NCBI GenBank assembly: GCA_963754925.1
Contig: CAVWHX010000003.1
Coordinates: forward strand, 96,001 to 160,000
Source: an uncultured delta proteobacterium
GTDB taxonomy: Bacteria; Myxococcota; B64-G9
Length of the DNA stretch: 64,000 bases
Reading direction: 5' to 3'
A program made the position numbers and the translations under genes. The number at the start of each line of letters is the position of its first letter. Position 1 is the stretch's first letter. This document shows, in pieces, positions 60,254 to 64,000 of this stretch. The notes under the pieces are model-generated. The model was not told the origin of the DNA. It was given only the letters and a program-made list of their open reading frames with translations, and made no database searches.

Positions 60254-62360
60254 AGCGGGCTAACTCCGGGCTTCTCGCTAACAGGATCACTTGGGTGTTG
60301 CGACCAAGACTCGCCAATAGCTTCCCTATCACATCGTAGTGACGTTCCGAAATTGACCTAAACGCATCATCAAAGATGACCGGCATCGGCTGCGTTGCAC
60401 TCGATAATTCGATGAGGGTGCATTTCAGGCCGAGGTAGATAAGGTCCTGCATGCTCATGGGCAAGGTTGTAAAAGGAATGCTTCCGCCCCCGCTTCCTTC
60501 GATACAGTCCAGGGTGCCGCCGGGATTGATAGCCACCCGTGAAAAAGCCTTGTCGGTGAGCACCTCAACATACTGGCTGCATCGTGGCGCGAGCACCGCC
60601 GCGAGTTGTTCACTATCTTTTAACAATAGGTCTTGACCAAGCAGCAGGAGCGTTTGGCAGGCATCCGGGCCGATATCAACCGGCTGAGTTGATGCATCAG
60701 CATCTGCCCGGCCCTTGGAAAACCTTCTGGGCGGTGATGCCGATGTCGTATCGTAATCAAGAGTCCCGGCATAATTCTCATCAGAAGCGGCCAATGCCGC
60801 CGACGCACCACCCGGGCGCTCGAGCTTTTCCTTGATGCGTTTGATTCTGCGCTCCATATCCTTCGGATGAAGGGCGGTCGAACCAAAAGCCGCCAGCTTA
60901 CCCTCGATCTGCTTGATCTTTTCACCCAACGCCGCGCGCTTTGCCTCCAGCTGTTCAACTCCCAGCTCGTTTCGTTTTGCTTGTTCCTGATCGCGGGCCT
61001 GGCGGAGGGCGATGAGCACCTGGTTGCGTTGTTTCACGGCATCGAGTAACGCCTCGGGCGTCTGAACCTCAAATTGTTCGAGCGCCCGACGCACCATCGC
61101 GGTGTCGAGGTCAAACTGGCGATCGAGCTTTTGGCGCCGGGCGGCGCTGAGATCGAGTCGCTTCCGGGAGCGTTCTGCGTTCGCCCGATAATCGATGTGG
61201 CGGATGACGGCAACGCCGGCAATCGCGAATCCCACGAGGTCAACGAGAGCCAGGTAGCGCAATGGCTCATAGAAAACAAACCCCAGCAGGCCCACTACCA
61301 ACGCCCCAACGCCGATCAATAACCCAATTTGGAACGTGCGGTTCTTAAGCAACGGCGGCCGCTCGCTCTCGATGGTACGTTGTTCCCAAGCTGCACGCTC
61401 TTCCTCAAGACGAGCCAAATCGGCCTTGTGTTTAGCCGTGCGATCGTGATATGCTTTTGCCACCTTTTCAAAGTTCTCGGGCAGCGCAGAAAGTTTTTCG
61501 TACCGCTGCAGATCGTTCTCCAATTGGGAAATTTTGTCGCCGATCTCTTTGATGCCCCGGAGGCGCGAATCAATGTCGAACACCTGTTTTTGCAATCCAT
61601 CAACCTCAAACTGAAGTTCGTCCGCTTCCGAAACGGCCGCCAGGTCGCGTTGCAATAGGGCGAGCTGTTCACGCAACGTCGCCTCGTCATCCGGGAGGAC
61701 CTCTTGATCGTCGGCATCATCGCGGTATGTTGATCCCGTAACCACAAAAGCGCCGGCATCGGAAATTATTTGGCTTGGTGGAAGCGGCCGTGCGACACCG
61801 CCGCTGCTCGAGGGTTTTCCCCGCAGGCCCGATACCGGTCCATCCTGGCGCCGTCCGACGATGTTGCCCTTGGAGACACCCGCGGCGGGGGCCTGCTCAG
61901 GTGGCCGGGAGGCAGCCGCCGGTCTGGCCGATGGCAGATCGGACGCCCTAGTGACAAATATCCCTTCGAATACGTCCTGCGACGGCAGGTGAAAATTGGC
62001 GCCGAGGTACTGGAGAATATCCGCGCGCAAGGTGCTAACCGGAACAAAACGTCCGGTTGCGGCGTCCTGGCTGGTGAGCACCACAGACCCGCGCGAGAGA
62101 TCTTTTACCAAACGGTAGGGCTGGCCCTTGTGGTCGAGCATCGTCAATGCCGCACGGCAGACGTCACCGCTTTTGCCGGCGAAGGCGTTACTGTCTGTTG
62201 GGTCCGTCCGCGCAAAGAGCAAATAGATAATAATATCCACTATCGTGGATTTTCCAGCCCCCTCGGCGCCGCAGAAAAGGGTAAAGCCATTACCCAGCTC
62301 GAGGCGGTACATTTGATCAAAACGGCGGACACCTTGTAGGACTAACTCACTAAACTGCAT
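60228..62360 (-). CDS. SMC/Rad50/YhaN-like coiled-coil ATPase with a central transmembrane hairpin
   Basis: Walker A GAEGAGKS, long coiled coils, two TM helices, Walker B PVIFDD. Confidence 0.8.
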   Translation of the reverse strand: MQFSELVLQGVRRFDQMYRLELGNGFTLFCGAEGAGKSTIVDIIIYLLFARTDPTDSNAFAGKSGDVCRAALTMLDHKGQPYRLVKDLSRGSVVLTSQDAATGRFVPVSTLRADILQYLGANFHLPSQDVFEGIFVTRASDLPSARPAAASRPPEQAPAAGVSKGNIVGRRQDGPVSGLRGKPSSSGGVARPLPPSQIISDAGAFVVTGSTYRDDADDQEVLPDDEATLREQLALLQRDLAAVSEADELQFEVDGLQKQVFDIDSRLRGIKEIGDKISQLENDLQRYEKLSALPENFEKVAKAYHDRTAKHKADLARLEEERAAWEQRTIESERPPLLKNRTFQIGLLIGVGALVVGLLGFVFYEPLRYLALVDLVGFAIAGVAVIRHIDYRANAERSRKRLDLSAARRQKLDRQFDLDTAMVRRALEQFEVQTPEALLDAVKQRNQVLIALRQARDQEQAKRNELGVEQLEAKRAALGEKIKQIEGKLAAFGSTALHPKDMERRIKRIKEKLERPGGASAALAASDENYAGTLDYDTTSASPPRRFSKGRADADASTQPVDIGPDACQTLLLLGQDLLLKDSEQLAAVLAPRCSQYVEVLTDKAFSRVAINPGGTLDCIEGSGGGSIPFTTLPMSMQDLIYLGLKCTLIELSSATQPMPVIFDDAFRSISERHYDVIGKLLASLGRNTQVILLARSPELARYASASFSL

Positions 62361-62383
62361 GTTACCCCACGCTCTGCAGGTAC

Positions 62384-62803
62384 CTAACGTAGGTCTTCAC
62401 GTGTAACCAACCCCCGACGGTAATGGAAACACAAGCAACTAACGTGAAAACAGAAATAGGGAGTTTCAAACCTCTTTAAGCGGGCGGCCTTACCCTTGAG
62501 ATCACGCAAGTAGTACAGCTTGGCGCGGCGCACCCTGCTTGAACGCACCACCTCGATTTTTTCCAGGCGGGGGGAATGAAGCGGGAAAATCCGCTCCACG
62601 CCGACGCCGTAGGAAACCTTGCGTACCGTGACGTTCTCGCTCACCCCGCTGCCGCGGCGCCGAATGACGACCCCTTGAAATACCTGCACTCGTTCTTTGT
62701 CGCCTTCCACAACTCGCATGTGCACCCGAACCGTGTCGCCAACCCGGAACGGATCTACCGTTGTCCGAAGATAGCTCTTCTCAAGTTGTTCCAACTTCCG
62801 CAT
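62384..62803 (-). CDS. rplS: 50S ribosomal protein L19 (true stop probably at 62466 after a 1-nt indel)
   Basis: [35 protein letters not shown]. Confidence 0.96.
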   Translation of the reverse strand: MRKLEQLEKSYLRTTVDPFRVGDTVRVHMRVVEGDKERVQVFQGVVIRRRGSGVSENVTVRKVSYGVGVERIFPLHSPRLEKIEVVRSSRVRRAKLYYLRDLKGKAARLKRFETPYFCFHVSCLCFHYRRGLVTREDLR

Positions 62804-62866
62804 GTTCTTCCTCCTTAATAACGCAATAGATCTCATCCGGATCTCGTGTGACAACCACCATCGAGT

Positions 62867-63590
62867 TCATCGTTGCTCATCCAACCAGGCGCGTTCATCG
62901 GCGCTGAGCGTGACACTGGAAAGCAGATCCGGCCGTTTATGCGCCGTTCGCAGCAAGGCCTGTCGACGTCGCCAGCGGGCGATGCTTGCATGATCGCCCG
63001 AACAAAGTACCTCGGGCACCGCCTGTCCGCGAAACTCCCGCGGCCGGGTGTACTGCGGGTACTCAAGCAATCCGGGCTCGCTGAAGGACTCCTCCACCAC
63101 TGATTCAGATCGGCCCAGAACGCCGGGCAGAAGCCGCGAGACCGCATCCATCACCACCCAGGCCGCCGGCTCGCCACCAGAGAGAACGTAATCACCGATG
63201 CTCACCTCTTCATCAACCACCGATCGCACCCGCTCGTCGATGCCTTCATACCTCCCGCACACCAAGGCCACATGCGGCGAGCTTGATAACCGGCGTACCA
63301 TGGTTTGATTCAGAACCTCACCTTGGGGCGTCAGTCAATACAACCCGCACCTGCGGATCGTGACGTCGGATGTGCTCGACCGCCTCGGCAATCGGCTCCA
63401 CTTTCAGAACCATCCCGGCCCCGCCCCCAAACGGAGTATCGTCAACCACGCGGTGCCTGCCCGTGGCAAAATCCCGAATGTTGACGACGTCAACCTGGAG
63501 CACGCCGGTCTCCCGCGCCCGGCCGAAGATGCTTGCGGTGACGAGCGGTGAAAAGACCTCAGGGAACAGCGTTAGGATAGTCCAGTGCAT
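62867..63590 (-). CDS. trmD: tRNA (guanosine(37)-N1)-methyltransferase (frameshift at 63325-63328)
   Basis: [17 protein letters not shown] in one frame; [28 protein letters not shown] in the other. Confidence 0.95.
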
Positions 63591-63603
63591 GTGCTCTATC
63601 GGT

Positions 63604-64000
63604 TCATTTCCCGGGTATCCCGGGAAGCCCCTCGGGAGGATGTACAACGATCCGTCCGCTATCGAGTAAAACCGCCTCCACCACGCCGGCAATCACGGGA
63701 AGCACCCATTCCTGCTGGCCGCTCCGAATCAAGTATAGCTCATGCTCGCCATTGTCAAAGACATCTTTCAAAACGCCAAGAGAACGACCTTGCCCGTCGA
63801 CGACTTCGAAGCCTATGAGGTCGTGTATATAATAGGTGCCGGGAGCCAGTTCCGGCAGCTCCGATCGTTTGACGTACACCTGCTGATCCCGAAGCTTCTC
63901 TGCGGCCTCGCACGACGCCACTTCAATCAAACCGAGAACCGCCACGCGACCCCCCCTTCGGGCGCGGCGCACCCGAAAGCAGGTCGCCTGCGGTTCTGTT
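63604..64000 (-). CDS. rimM: Ribosome maturation factor RimM (5' end outside window)
   Basis: LPELAPGTYYIHDLIG..LP PRC-barrel; upstream of trmD. Confidence 0.92.
   Translation of the reverse strand, partial: TEPQATCFRVRRARRGGRVAVLGLIEVASCEAAEKLRDQQVYVKRSELPELAPGTYYIHDLIGFEVVDGQGRSLGVLKDVFDNGEHELYLIRSGQQEWVLPVIAGVVEAVLLDSGRIVVHPPEGLPGIPGK

Noticed and set aside
62384..62465. Cys-containing C-terminal extension on L19
   Set aside because: Adding one base to the T3 run gives the normal RLKEV-stop ending, so it is likely an indel error.

Overview
The window looks like a bacterial chromosome segment, probably deltaproteobacterial or Myxococcota-like (inferred from gene order and protein style). 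About 1-5.9 kb is a minus-strand operon: Zn-alcohol dehydrogenase, gabD, fumC, sdhA and the start of sdhB. About 5.9-16.4 kb is an accessory mosaic. It holds a RHH/RelE-ParE toxin-antitoxin pair between gene remnants, a tandem 2TM protein, a partly decayed acyl-CoA dehydrogenase operon, a YeaQ/GlsB protein, a serine-hydrolase-like lipoprotein and emrAB. About 16.5-64 kb is mostly housekeeping: ychF, ihfB, rpsA, ispH, cmk, gltX, tRNA-Gln, rimP-nusA-ylxR-infB-DUF503, psd, a UvrD helicase, comEA, yraN, rsmI, MoxR/VWA, Kef, polA, csp, LysM, dprA, topA, trmFO, rlmI-like, pgeF, rnhB, an SMC-like ATPase, rplS, trmD and rimM. At least 8 genes, including essential ones, carry frameshifts, mostly single bases in homopolymers, which most likely are sequencing errors. 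I saw no CRISPR array, reverse transcriptase, transposase or integrase. The most interesting signals are: (1) a family of covarying DNA hairpin repeats at 35.9 and 52.2 kb, the latter inside an inverted-repeat-bounded ~320 bp MITE-like element in front of dprA; (2) a conserved 31-bp extended promoter motif before three unrelated operons; (3) a REC-HisKA-REC protein with no ATPase domain; (4) a probable heteromeric acyl-CoA dehydrogenase pair; (5) a degenerate membrane-anchored SMC/YhaN-like ATPase inside the rplS operon. No complete novel multi-gene system could be firmly established.
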